Part shown: one piece after another, positions 41,001 through 48,510 of the stretch | Position numbering within the stretch: the stretch's first letter is position 1 | Layout of the letters: each line of letters starts with the position of its first letter | From: an uncultured Myxococcales bacterium | GTDB lineage: Bacteria; Myxococcota_A; UBA9042; CAZBRS01 | Assembly (NCBI GenBank): GCA_964494475.1 | Contig: CAZBRS010000003.1 | Coordinates: forward strand, 3,035-67,034 | Direction: 5' to 3' | Length of the DNA stretch: 64,000 bases | Translations under genes and position numbers: made by a program | Notes under the pieces: model-generated | Told to the model about the DNA's origin: nothing | What the model saw: only the letters and a program-made list of their open reading frames with translations | Database searches by the model: none

Positions 41001-41209
41001 GCCAGGCCCGACAGGCGCTCGAGCACGGGCCACGAGGCGACCAGGCGCGGCAGGGGCAGCAGGTACGACATCTCGGCGTCGGCGTCGGCCGCGACGGACT
41101 CGGCCGTGGCCGCCTGTATGATCTGGGCCAGGGCGCCGGGCGCCGACAAGGTCAGCACCAGGAGCGAGACAGGGAGTAGTGGGCCGGCGATTCGTCGCGT
41201 ACGCCGCAT
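38078..41209 (-). CDS. tamB: TamB (DUF490)-domain protein fused to TSP3 repeats and an OmpA-like peptidoglycan-binding domain
   Basis: Start ATG 41209 overlaps the tamA stop; beta-taco-like repeats; FGHRFDVRGG, LKVQGPAARPSL.MVSVPPL, TVGKQV...LYL; then DGCPDPDND and GHSD...N..SLLRA...NRRIE. Confidence 0.8.
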   Translation of the reverse strand: MRRTRRIAGPLLPVSLLVLTLSAPGALAQIIQAATAESVAADADAEMSYLLPLPRLVASWPVLERLSGLARVRVVAAADAAAVARVVDVRVDEVAFDGHALGALQLRVWTPYQGSPSTVEVTLEGPLGRVTATLILAVDVDAKTGALVWGSGGLEGRLEARGLDLAWLAATWPALALGGAADLDATLAGAAERPKVDLTLRGRDVTWRGEVVGEVDARLALADERADLALRLGAAASPTATLDLRVPLALDLRARDVRWLDAGPHRLGLAAHGLTAERARPWWRAPGGVDFVVDVDATGEGSLDALKLSAALAGNLTSGGAAPVPVRATIEATSSKQSLTAALGEGLATLEIEARANLVAARRSHASLAPAPLSGRLALDLPLPLVGPFLPSIVAAPAGSLTGAIAVGGTLGAPTLNGRVDSKAASLTLIPMNRRIADLQVKAAFVGDRLDLEAFEGTSDQGKLTAKGTARLVVTPVGAAADAGLWSAWKLDASAHAALARFPVVQPDVPIGLVDATLDAVVKAGPGDLGVSLTLGGVDAQLTSERVPRASAIPTNAGVRFVDWMRGASERGGAASVDRFALDVALADPMRVHGEGSELTLDGRFALERLGPVVRVDGGLDVQPGGNLTMFGHRFDVRGGQFTLAEGHLGRTAEAGPDGAPDAAPKALPGEAVMNLVTRGLAQDTHVLLKVQGPAARPSLVMVSVPPLPEYQILTLLILGRLDVVDDRNGEVRREAAALVNRFHNPGLKRQLFDRLGVDKVGLGFGSSVSQPIVTVGKQVTRTLYLETTYRVNAPPDQNEREGRVEYQLSPHWALNTVFGDAAEGGLGVFWSTRFGGPPPPAPPPDTWGLRARKERGDRDADGVLNPYDLCLEQPEDRDGFVDDDGCPDPDNDADGVPDVADAAPLEPETSNGFDDGDGRPDEAPVALQGLVARLGGFTYPANASRLPVEGEGRLRAAAALLTMLPGVKVEIVGHSDDQGTPTGNRRVSLLRANAARAFLAARGIPPARTSVVGRGNEQPLDPGSTDEARARNRRIELRFYEP

Positions 41210-43149
41210 CAGAACGTCTCCCCGAAGCCGAAGTACAAGCCCCAGCCCTTCTCGCCCTGGTAGACCCCCGGGTCGTTCAACTGGAAGCCCACGTCGAGGC
41301 GCACGAGCCCCAGGGGCGTGTCGGCGCGCAGGCCCGAGCCCGCCGTGTAGCTCCACTCCCCCGGCTTGTACGTGCGCGCCTTGGCCTGCACGTCGCCGAG
41401 GTCGGCGAAGCCCACCAGGTACAGCGGCCCGAACGTGCGCAGGCGCAGCTCGAGGTTGCCCTCGACCATGGTGTACCCGCCGATGGGGATGGACTCGCAC
41501 CCGTCCTCGTCGGTGCACTCCTCCACGCGCGGCGACAACCGGCGCGACGCCCAGCCGCGCACCGTGTTGGCCCCGCCCAGGTAGAACCTCGAGCTGATGG
41601 GCGCGCCCGGGTGGGCGCCGAAGGGCAGGATGAGCCCGGTCTGGAAGCGGCCCGCGATCTGCAGGCGCTTCCAGGGCCGCCAGAACGCCTTCACGCCCGC
41701 CAGCAGCTTGTGGAAGTCGAAGTGGCCGCCCAGGAAGCTGCCCGCCAGATCGTACGTGACCTCGAAGATCACGCCATCGGTGGGCTTCAGGATCGAGTTC
41801 GTGAAGTACAGGTTGGCGCCGGCCTCGAGGAACGTCAGCAGGAACGGGTCACGGAAGTCGCGCCCGAGGATCGACGTCCGGGCGTCGAGCAACGGGCTCA
41901 CGTGGTAGAAGTCGACGAACGAGAGGTTGTGGCTGAGGCTCAGCTTCAGGAGGCCCGCGAACCAGCGGCTCACGCCCAGGCGGTTGCCGGGTGAATAGTA
42001 CTGGTAGCCCTCCTGCAGGTTCACGTCGAAGGTGGGCGCCAGCTCCCACTCGAGGAAGTCCTCGACCAGGCCCTTCTTCGTGAGCTTCGGCGCCAACGAG
42101 ACGACCGGCCCGTGCAGCGCCGGGTCCCAGGGGTTCGGCATCTCGGCCCACCCCGCCACGGCGGCCAGCTCGAGCCGGTACAACCGACGGAACAGGTTCA
42201 CGTGCGTGTACTGCGCGCTGGCCTGCTCCTGCCAGCGGATGGTCTCGAGTGACAGCTGCGCGCCCAGGCGGATGCGCTGGGGCTCGGCCTCGCTGACCCG
42301 CACGGTGAGATCGACCAGGCCGTCGACCACCCGCGAGGGCGGCGCCGTCGACACCCAGCTGAAGACCTGCATGCCCTTCAGCGCCTGCTCGATCTGCTGC
42401 ACGCGGGCGGGAGAGTACGGCTCGCCCCGCGCGAAGCGCACCTCGACGTCGACGCGGTCCCCCAGAACGTCGACCAGGCCCTCGACCTCGACGCGCCCGA
42501 TGCGCGCGAAGGGGCCGGGCTCGAGCACGAACGTCACGTCGGCCGCCCGCGCCACGGGGTCGACCTGCGCCTCGGAGGTCACGCGGGTCAACGGGAAGCC
42601 GCGCACCAGGAGCGCCTGGCGCAGGCTGCCCAGGCTGGCGTTGAGCCGCCCCGTGGCGAAGGGCGCTCCGAGGGCCAACGTGGCCTCGCGCTCGACCTTG
42701 GGTCGCTCGGCCTCGGCCAGCTCGCACGCCGGAGGCCACCGGAAACGAACCGAGCGCGTGAGCGTGGGCAGCCCCTCGTCGATTCGGATCACCAGATCGA
42801 CCTTGCGACCGTCGACGTGGCTCTCGAGGCCGGTGACACGCGCCTGGTAGTAGCCGTGGGCCTGGTAGAGCTGCTCGAGGCGCTGCCGGTCGACCTGGAC
42901 CAGCGCCTCGTCGTAGGGATAGTTCGGCGTGAAGGGCAGCCAGCTGGTCTCGCCGGCGAACAGGTGGTCGAGGAGGCGGCCCTTCGAGAGCGCGTGGTTG
43001 CCCTCGACGCGCACGTCGCGCAGGCGGTAGCCCTGGCCCAGCACGAACGGCTTCTGGCCCGCGCAGGCCGCCAGCGCGAACGCGAGCAGGCCCGTGACCA
43101 CCAGGGGGCGCGCCGCGGAGACGGGGCTCGAGGCGAGCCCGTGCGTCAC
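41209..43149 (-). CDS. tamA: Omp85 family TamA/BamA-like outer-membrane protein (probable lipoprotein)
   Basis: GTG 43149 overlaps the upstream stop; lipobox FALAA-C; three POTRA-like domains; FYLGGANTVRGW; GLRADTPLGLVRLD; C-terminal GETF. Confidence 0.85.
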   Translation of the reverse strand: MTHGLASSPVSAARPLVVTGLLAFALAACAGQKPFVLGQGYRLRDVRVEGNHALSKGRLLDHLFAGETSWLPFTPNYPYDEALVQVDRQRLEQLYQAHGYYQARVTGLESHVDGRKVDLVIRIDEGLPTLTRSVRFRWPPACELAEAERPKVEREATLALGAPFATGRLNASLGSLRQALLVRGFPLTRVTSEAQVDPVARAADVTFVLEPGPFARIGRVEVEGLVDVLGDRVDVEVRFARGEPYSPARVQQIEQALKGMQVFSWVSTAPPSRVVDGLVDLTVRVSEAEPQRIRLGAQLSLETIRWQEQASAQYTHVNLFRRLYRLELAAVAGWAEMPNPWDPALHGPVVSLAPKLTKKGLVEDFLEWELAPTFDVNLQEGYQYYSPGNRLGVSRWFAGLLKLSLSHNLSFVDFYHVSPLLDARTSILGRDFRDPFLLTFLEAGANLYFTNSILKPTDGVIFEVTYDLAGSFLGGHFDFHKLLAGVKAFWRPWKRLQIAGRFQTGLILPFGAHPGAPISSRFYLGGANTVRGWASRRLSPRVEECTDEDGCESIPIGGYTMVEGNLELRLRTFGPLYLVGFADLGDVQAKARTYKPGEWSYTAGSGLRADTPLGLVRLDVGFQLNDPGVYQGEKGWGLYFGFGETF

Positions 43150-44183
43150 GGCTTGGCCGAAGCCGAGTTGATCAGCGAGTACGAGAACGTGAGCAGCAGG
43201 CTGTTCTGGATCTGCCACTCGTCGAGGACCTGCGGCTCGCGCATCACCTTGAACTGGTAGTCGAGCGAGGCCCACGACACCAGCTTGAACGAAAGCGTGG
43301 CCAGGAACTCGACGTTGGTCAGCTCGAGCACGTTGCGTTCGTCGCCCGTCAGCAACGCGGTGTGGACGAACGGGGTCATGGCTTCAATCTGGCCCTTGTA
43401 GGTGACGCGCTTGTCGGCGGCGGTGCCCCAGGCTCCCACCGTGGCCTCGGCGCCGGCCTGGTGCACCGTCGAGAGCGCACCGATCTCGATGAGGCCCACG
43501 GTCTCGGGCTTGTCGGCCAGCACGAGCTGCCCGTCGGCGAAGGTGTGACGGCCGCCGAAGCCGGCGCGCGCTTCGACCGTGATCGGGTCGGTCGCCACCG
43601 GCGTGTAGACGAGACCGAGGGACTCCTTCAGGACGAACGGCTTGAAGGGATCGGTGAGCTTGAGGCGGTCGTTGGTGAACACCTTGTCGCGGCCGGGGAT
43701 GAGGTAGTCGACCGCGACGGGCCGCACGTCCTTGCCCTCGAGCAGCGCCGTGGCGACCCCCGCGCGACCGAACACGCCGAGCCAGGGCGGCAGGAAGCGG
43801 AAGATGTAGATGGAGTCGAACTTGAACTCGTCGCTGGCCTTCACGAACTCGGGGATGACCGGCGTGCGGCTGAAGGACTCCTTCAGCGACAGCGCGTTGC
43901 GCCATTCGCTGCGGCCGGCCAGCAGGTTCGCGTCGCCCGTGAACTGTAGGCCCATCAGCCACGACGAGCCGCTCGGCTGGCCCACCACCTTGCGGTTGTC
44001 GCCGAAGCTGATGCTCGAGCCGACCGTCGCCGAGAAGTCCCAGCCGTCGGGCTTGGCCGCCGCCTTCGTCACCTCGGACGCCAGCGCGTCGCCCGCGATC
44101 TCGGGGGCGACCTCGGCCTGCAGCGGGCCCGCGAAGACGAGGGCGGCGAACGCTACGACGCCGACGAGTCTGAGGATGGACAT
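43146..44183 (-). CDS. Outer-membrane beta-barrel protein (DUF3078/DUF481-like)
   Basis: Signal peptide LQA; amphipathic strands; EWRNALSL...FVKASD; LLLTFSYSL near the C-terminus. Confidence 0.7.
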   Translation of the reverse strand: MSILRLVGVVAFAALVFAGPLQAEVAPEIAGDALASEVTKAAAKPDGWDFSATVGSSISFGDNRKVVGQPSGSSWLMGLQFTGDANLLAGRSEWRNALSLKESFSRTPVIPEFVKASDEFKFDSIYIFRFLPPWLGVFGRAGVATALLEGKDVRPVAVDYLIPGRDKVFTNDRLKLTDPFKPFVLKESLGLVYTPVATDPITVEARAGFGGRHTFADGQLVLADKPETVGLIEIGALSTVHQAGAEATVGAWGTAADKRVTYKGQIEAMTPFVHTALLTGDERNVLELTNVEFLATLSFKLVSWASLDYQFKVMREPQVLDEWQIQNSLLLTFSYSLINSASAKP

Positions 44184-44259
44184 GCGCGCCTCCAGCGAGG
44201 GGTGGGTGTGAGAAAAGGTTGCGCTCCAGGGCCCGTTTCGTCAAGGCCCCCGGCATGCC

Positions 44260-44288
44260 TTGAATCGTCGCGTTGCTTTGCTTATCAT
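44260..44288 (+). promoter_or_regulatory. Putative sigma70 promoter of the spike gene
   Basis: TTGAAT-N17-TATCAT. Confidence 0.5.
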
Positions 44289-44334
44289 GTCGACTTGACG
44301 GCCTGATGTTCAACTGCGTTCACCAGGGGGCCCG

Positions 44335-45165
44335 ATGCCGGTCACGTTCAACGAGATCTTCGGCGGCGAGATCGCCGTTCCCCAGGGCGGCAGTGGCAAA
44401 ATCTACGGCGTGGTCATCGCCATCGTGGTCGACAACAAAGACCCCGAGGGCCGGTACCGCGTCAAGGTCAAATTCCCCTGGCTGTCCGAGTCCGACGCCA
44501 AGTACACGGACAAGACCGACAAGGAGGACTTCACCTCCTCGTGGGCCCGCATCGCCACGTTCATGGGCGGCCCCGATCGCGGCTCGTTCTGGCTGCCCGA
44601 GGTCGACGACGAGGTGCTGGTGGCCTTCGAACACGGCGACATCCGCTTCCCGTACGTCATCGGCAGCCTGTGGAACGGCAAGGACAAGACCATCCACGAC
44701 AACAAGGGCCAGAACGGCAAGAACGAGTACCGCACCCTCCGTTCGCGCTCGGGCTCGGTGCTCACCTTCGTCGACAGCGAGGGCAAGGACAAGGTCATCC
44801 TGCAGACCAAGCGCGACCTCAAGAAGGTGCAGACCCCCGAGCCCAAGGGCTGCGGCGGGCTCTACGTGGTGCTCGACCACACCGACGGCGCCAAGAAGAT
44901 CGAGATCGCCGACTCCGACAACAAGGAGTACATCAAGATCGAGATCGACAAGAAGAAGATCACCATCGAGTCGGTCGACGGCGACATCGAGATCCTGGCC
45001 AAGAAGGGCAAGATCCTGCTCGACGCCAAGGAGATCCAGACCCACTCGAGCACGACGACCCAGATGAAGGCCGACTCCGACTTCAAGCAGGAGGCCGGCG
45101 CCACGCTGCTCTCGAAGTCGGCTAGCACGCAGACCATCAAGGGCTCGCAGGTGCTCATCAACTAG
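44335..45165 (+). CDS. Phage baseplate protein V / gp5-like (VgrG C-half) spike of the contractile-injection-system type
   Basis: GVVIAIVVDNKDPEG..RVKVKFPWL, WARIA...GSFWLPEVDDEVLVAFEHGD..FPYVIGSLWN (OB fold), RSRSG, beta-helix ending IKGSQVLIN. Confidence 0.88.
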   Translation: MPVTFNEIFGGEIAVPQGGSGKIYGVVIAIVVDNKDPEGRYRVKVKFPWLSESDAKYTDKTDKEDFTSSWARIATFMGGPDRGSFWLPEVDDEVLVAFEHGDIRFPYVIGSLWNGKDKTIHDNKGQNGKNEYRTLRSRSGSVLTFVDSEGKDKVILQTKRDLKKVQTPEPKGCGGLYVVLDHTDGAKKIEIADSDNKEYIKIEIDKKKITIESVDGDIEILAKKGKILLDAKEIQTHSSTTTQMKADSDFKQEAGATLLSKSASTQTIKGSQVLIN

Positions 45166-45249
45166 CCCCGCCGCCTATCGCTTGGACAATCTCGTTCGTT
45201 TCCTATAGAAGATGCGGCACGCTGCTGCCCACCGGTGGAGGATCGCGGC

Positions 45250-46836
45250 ATGGCCGGAAAGAACGACAGCTACGGACGCGCGCTAGCTTGGTGCGGCGTC
45301 GCCGCCCTCGCGGGCCTGATCGGTCAGCACCTCTGGATCGACTGGCGCTCGGCGGGCTCCAGCCTGTCGCTGGCGCTGCTCGGCGCGCTGATCCTGGCGT
45401 TGGCGGGAGCGGTGGCCATCGCGGCCTGGCGCGAGAAGCGCGCGCTCGTGACCTTCCTGGTCTCCGTCCCCTTCACCGTCACGGTCGTCGGCGCCCTCAC
45501 GGTCTTGACCATCCTCGGCACGCTCGTGCTGCAGAGCATCGCGCCCGAACGCTTCGAGCAGACCTACGGGGCGTTCGCCACACCCCTGCGCTTCCTCTTC
45601 CTCGAGGACCTGTTCCACTCCTTCTGGTTCCAGGCTGAGGTCGGCCTGCTCATGGCCTCGCTCACGCTGATCGCCCTGCGGCGCTGGCCCTGGACGTGGC
45701 CGCGCGTCGGCTACGCCATGGCCCACCTGGGCATCGTGATCGGGCTCGTGGGCGCTGGCTACGGCTCGCTCACGACGGTGAAGGGCCGCATCGACACCGA
45801 GGTCGGCCGGGCTACCGATCGCATCCTCGGCTCCGACTGGCGCACGGGGCGTCGCGTCCCGCACCAGCTTCCCTTCAAGGTGCGGCTCGACGACTTCCGC
45901 ATCGACGAGTACGAGCCCGTCTACCGCCTGTACCTCTTCGAGCACGTCGCCGGCAACTCCGACCCTGACGCGTTCCGCCCCCTGCTCGCGCTCGACCCCG
46001 AGAAGCAATTGGGCAAGCCCGTCGACGTGGGCAGCGGCGTGCGCGTGCAGTTGGATGGGTACGAGCCGCAGGGTCGCACGCCCGAGGCGAGCGCCGCCGC
46101 GCCGCACACCCTGGCGTTCGATGGCAAGGAGTACCCCATCGAGCCGGGCAAGACCTACCCCGACCTCGGTGGCTACCACGTGGTGGTGGGCGCGCACTTC
46201 CCTCACTTCACGTACGACCTCGAGTCGAAGCAGGCCGCCAACGCTTCGAACGAGCCGAAGAACCCGGCCGTGAAGGTCACCCTGCGCAGGGGCGGCCCCG
46301 AAGGCGAGGTGGCCTACGACGGCTGGCTCTTCGCCAACATGCCGGGCTTCTCCATGAACCACGCCAAGGGTGACGACGGACAGCCCGCGTGGACGCCCGT
46401 GTACCTGTTCGGCGGGGCGAAGGCGCCGGCGGGGCCGACCCTCGCGGTCACGGTCACCGAACGCAGCGCCAGCAAGCGCCACACCCTCGAGCTCACCGAG
46501 GGCAAGCACCTGTTCTCGGCGGCGGGCGGCAACCTGGTGGGCGTATTCCGCGTGCGCGACAACGAGGCCAAGAACTACTACTCTACCCTCTCGATCCTGA
46601 AGAACGACCAGGTGGTCGCCACCAAGCAGATCTACGTGAACGAGCCCATGTTCCACGAGGGCTGGGCCTTCTACCAGGCCAACTACGACCCCCAGAACCT
46701 GCTCTACTCGGGCATCGAGGCCGTGCGCGACCCGGGCCTGCCGCTCGTGTACCTGGGCCTCACGCTCATGATGCTCGGGGTGTTCCAGATCTTCTACTTG
46801 CGCACGCTGCGCCGGAAAGGGCAGGTGGCGGAATGA
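45250..46836 (+). CDS. resB: Cytochrome c biogenesis protein ResB/CcsB (system II)
   Basis: LGTLVLQ, DLFHSFWF, AHLGI, VNEPM..GWAFYQANY, RDPGLPLVYLG; ATG after GGAGG. Confidence 0.88.
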   Translation: MAGKNDSYGRALAWCGVAALAGLIGQHLWIDWRSAGSSLSLALLGALILALAGAVAIAAWREKRALVTFLVSVPFTVTVVGALTVLTILGTLVLQSIAPERFEQTYGAFATPLRFLFLEDLFHSFWFQAEVGLLMASLTLIALRRWPWTWPRVGYAMAHLGIVIGLVGAGYGSLTTVKGRIDTEVGRATDRILGSDWRTGRRVPHQLPFKVRLDDFRIDEYEPVYRLYLFEHVAGNSDPDAFRPLLALDPEKQLGKPVDVGSGVRVQLDGYEPQGRTPEASAAAPHTLAFDGKEYPIEPGKTYPDLGGYHVVVGAHFPHFTYDLESKQAANASNEPKNPAVKVTLRRGGPEGEVAYDGWLFANMPGFSMNHAKGDDGQPAWTPVYLFGGAKAPAGPTLAVTVTERSASKRHTLELTEGKHLFSAAGGNLVGVFRVRDNEAKNYYSTLSILKNDQVVATKQIYVNEPMFHEGWAFYQANYDPQNLLYSGIEAVRDPGLPLVYLGLTLMMLGVFQIFYLRTLRRKGQVAE

Positions 46837-47663
46837 TGATGCTCACGCGCCTGGGCGTGCCGTTCACCGTGACGGTGCTGGTCGTGGTCGCGACCACGCT
46901 GGCGTACGCCCTCAACCTCGTGAACCGCAGCGTGCTCGTGCGGGCGATGGCCTCGATCCTCTTCCTGGCCTCGCTCGCCGCCATGACGTGGATCATCGCC
47001 GACCGCTACGTCGAGGCCGGACGCCCCCCGTTCAAGACCCTCTTCGAATCACTCGTGCTCTTCGGCTGGTGCATCGCGCTCGTCTACGTCGTCGTCGAGC
47101 GCTTCTACCGCATGGCGCTGCTCGGCTTCCTGGCGGTCGTGTTCGTGCTCGGCATCTTCGGCTACGCCATCCTGAAGGCCGACGTCGACATCATCAGCCT
47201 GCCGGCGGCCCTGCAGAGCGGCTGGTTCATCCCGCACGTGGTGGTGTACTTCCTGGGCTACGCCGCGCTCTTCGTGGGCACCGCCATCGCCGCCATCTTC
47301 CTCTGGAAGCCCACGGGCACCGTGACCTTCACGAACCTGTCGGGCGAGCGCACCGTCGAGTACGGCGACCTGATGCACACCGTCGTCCGCTTCGGCTTCG
47401 TGCTCATCAGCGTGGGGCTGGTCATCGGCGCCGTGTGGGCCAAGTCGGCCTGGGGCGACTACTGGGTCTGGGACCCGAAAGAGAACTGGTCGCTCATCAC
47501 CTGGTTCATCTACATCATCTACCTGCACCAGCGCACGCGCCCGGGCTGGAGCCGAAAGGCCTCGGCCTGGCTGCTCATCCTGGGCTTCGCCGCCGTGATG
47601 TTCACGTACCTGGGCATGAACGCCCTGCCGACCGCCGAGCAGTCGGAGCACGTGTACCAGTAG
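46833..47663 (+). CDS. ccsA: Cytochrome c biogenesis protein CcsA/ResC
   Basis: PALQS.WFIPHV, WWD motif WAKSAWGDYWVWDPKENW, YLH; ATGA overlap with resB. Confidence 0.93.
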   Translation: MMMLTRLGVPFTVTVLVVVATTLAYALNLVNRSVLVRAMASILFLASLAAMTWIIADRYVEAGRPPFKTLFESLVLFGWCIALVYVVVERFYRMALLGFLAVVFVLGIFGYAILKADVDIISLPAALQSGWFIPHVVVYFLGYAALFVGTAIAAIFLWKPTGTVTFTNLSGERTVEYGDLMHTVVRFGFVLISVGLVIGAVWAKSAWGDYWVWDPKENWSLITWFIYIIYLHQRTRPGWSRKASAWLLILGFAAVMFTYLGMNALPTAEQSEHVYQ

Positions 47664-47675
47664 CCGTCGTCCTCG

Positions 47676-47705
47676 TTGACAGAACCCGTGACGGCTTCCT
47701 ATACT
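47676..47705 (+). promoter_or_regulatory. sigma70 promoter
   Basis: TTGACA-N18-TATACT. Confidence 0.6.
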
Positions 47706-47730
47706 GATGATCGCACTCGGGAGGTGCCGC

Positions 47731-48510
47731 ATGGCCGACGACATGAACGACCCCACCACGACGAACGAAGGCGCGAAGAGCGGCGGCAGCAGCCTGCTCG
47801 ACGACCTGCTGAAGCAGACCAAGCTCGAGGCCGATAAAGAGAAGCTCAAGCTCGAGAAGCAGCTTCACGACCGGCAGACGGCGCTGCGCAAGCAGAAGGA
47901 AGACGAAGAGCGCCGCAAGCGGGAAGAGCTGAAGAAGCGCCTCGAAGAAGAGACCCAGCGGCGGCAGGACCTGCTGCGCAAGAAGCAGGGCGCCGAACCC
48001 GACTCGGCCGAGGTCATCCAGGAGAAGGTCGCCCGCGATCAGGCCGTGGCGCAGGTGCTGTCGAGCAAGTCGACGGTCACCAAGATCGAGCGCAAGCCGT
48101 CGATCGTGCCGGTGGCCGCGGCCGGCGGCGTGGCCCTGCTGTTCGCCGCGCTGGCCATCGCGGCCTACGTCCAGATCTCGGGGCTGCCCACGGGCCTCGG
48201 CGGTTACCGCTTCGCCCTCGACAACGCGGTCAACGCCTCGGTGTTGCGCGCGCGCATCAAGGCGGGCGAGCTCAAGGCCGCCGAGATCGAGGGGTCGGTC
48301 CAGAGCGGCAGCCGCGCGGCGCTCGACCTCCGCAAGGAGCTCGACGAGCTGCGGTCGGCCGTCGCGACGCGCGATCAGCAGATCGTCGCGCTGCAGGCCC
48401 AGGTCGAGGCCGCCGGCAAGCCGCGCCCGACCAACGGCGGCGTCAAGAAGGAGGAGGGCGACAACATCAAGATCGACACGTCGATCTTCAAAGGGGGGAA
48501 GAAGCGCTGA
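47731..48510 (+). CDS. Hypothetical single-pass membrane protein with coiled coils on both sides
   Basis: ATG after GGAGG; E/K/R-rich N-half; one TM (GGVALLFAALAIAAY); native codon bias. Confidence 0.75.
   Translation: MADDMNDPTTTNEGAKSGGSSLLDDLLKQTKLEADKEKLKLEKQLHDRQTALRKQKEDEERRKREELKKRLEEETQRRQDLLRKKQGAEPDSAEVIQEKVARDQAVAQVLSSKSTVTKIERKPSIVPVAAAGGVALLFAALAIAAYVQISGLPTGLGGYRFALDNAVNASVLRARIKAGELKAAEIEGSVQSGSRAALDLRKELDELRSAVATRDQQIVALQAQVEAAGKPRPTNGGVKKEEGDNIKIDTSIFKGGKKR

Noticed and set aside
44335-45165. Prophage
   Set aside because: No other phage genes, integrase or att-like boundaries; codon usage is host-like
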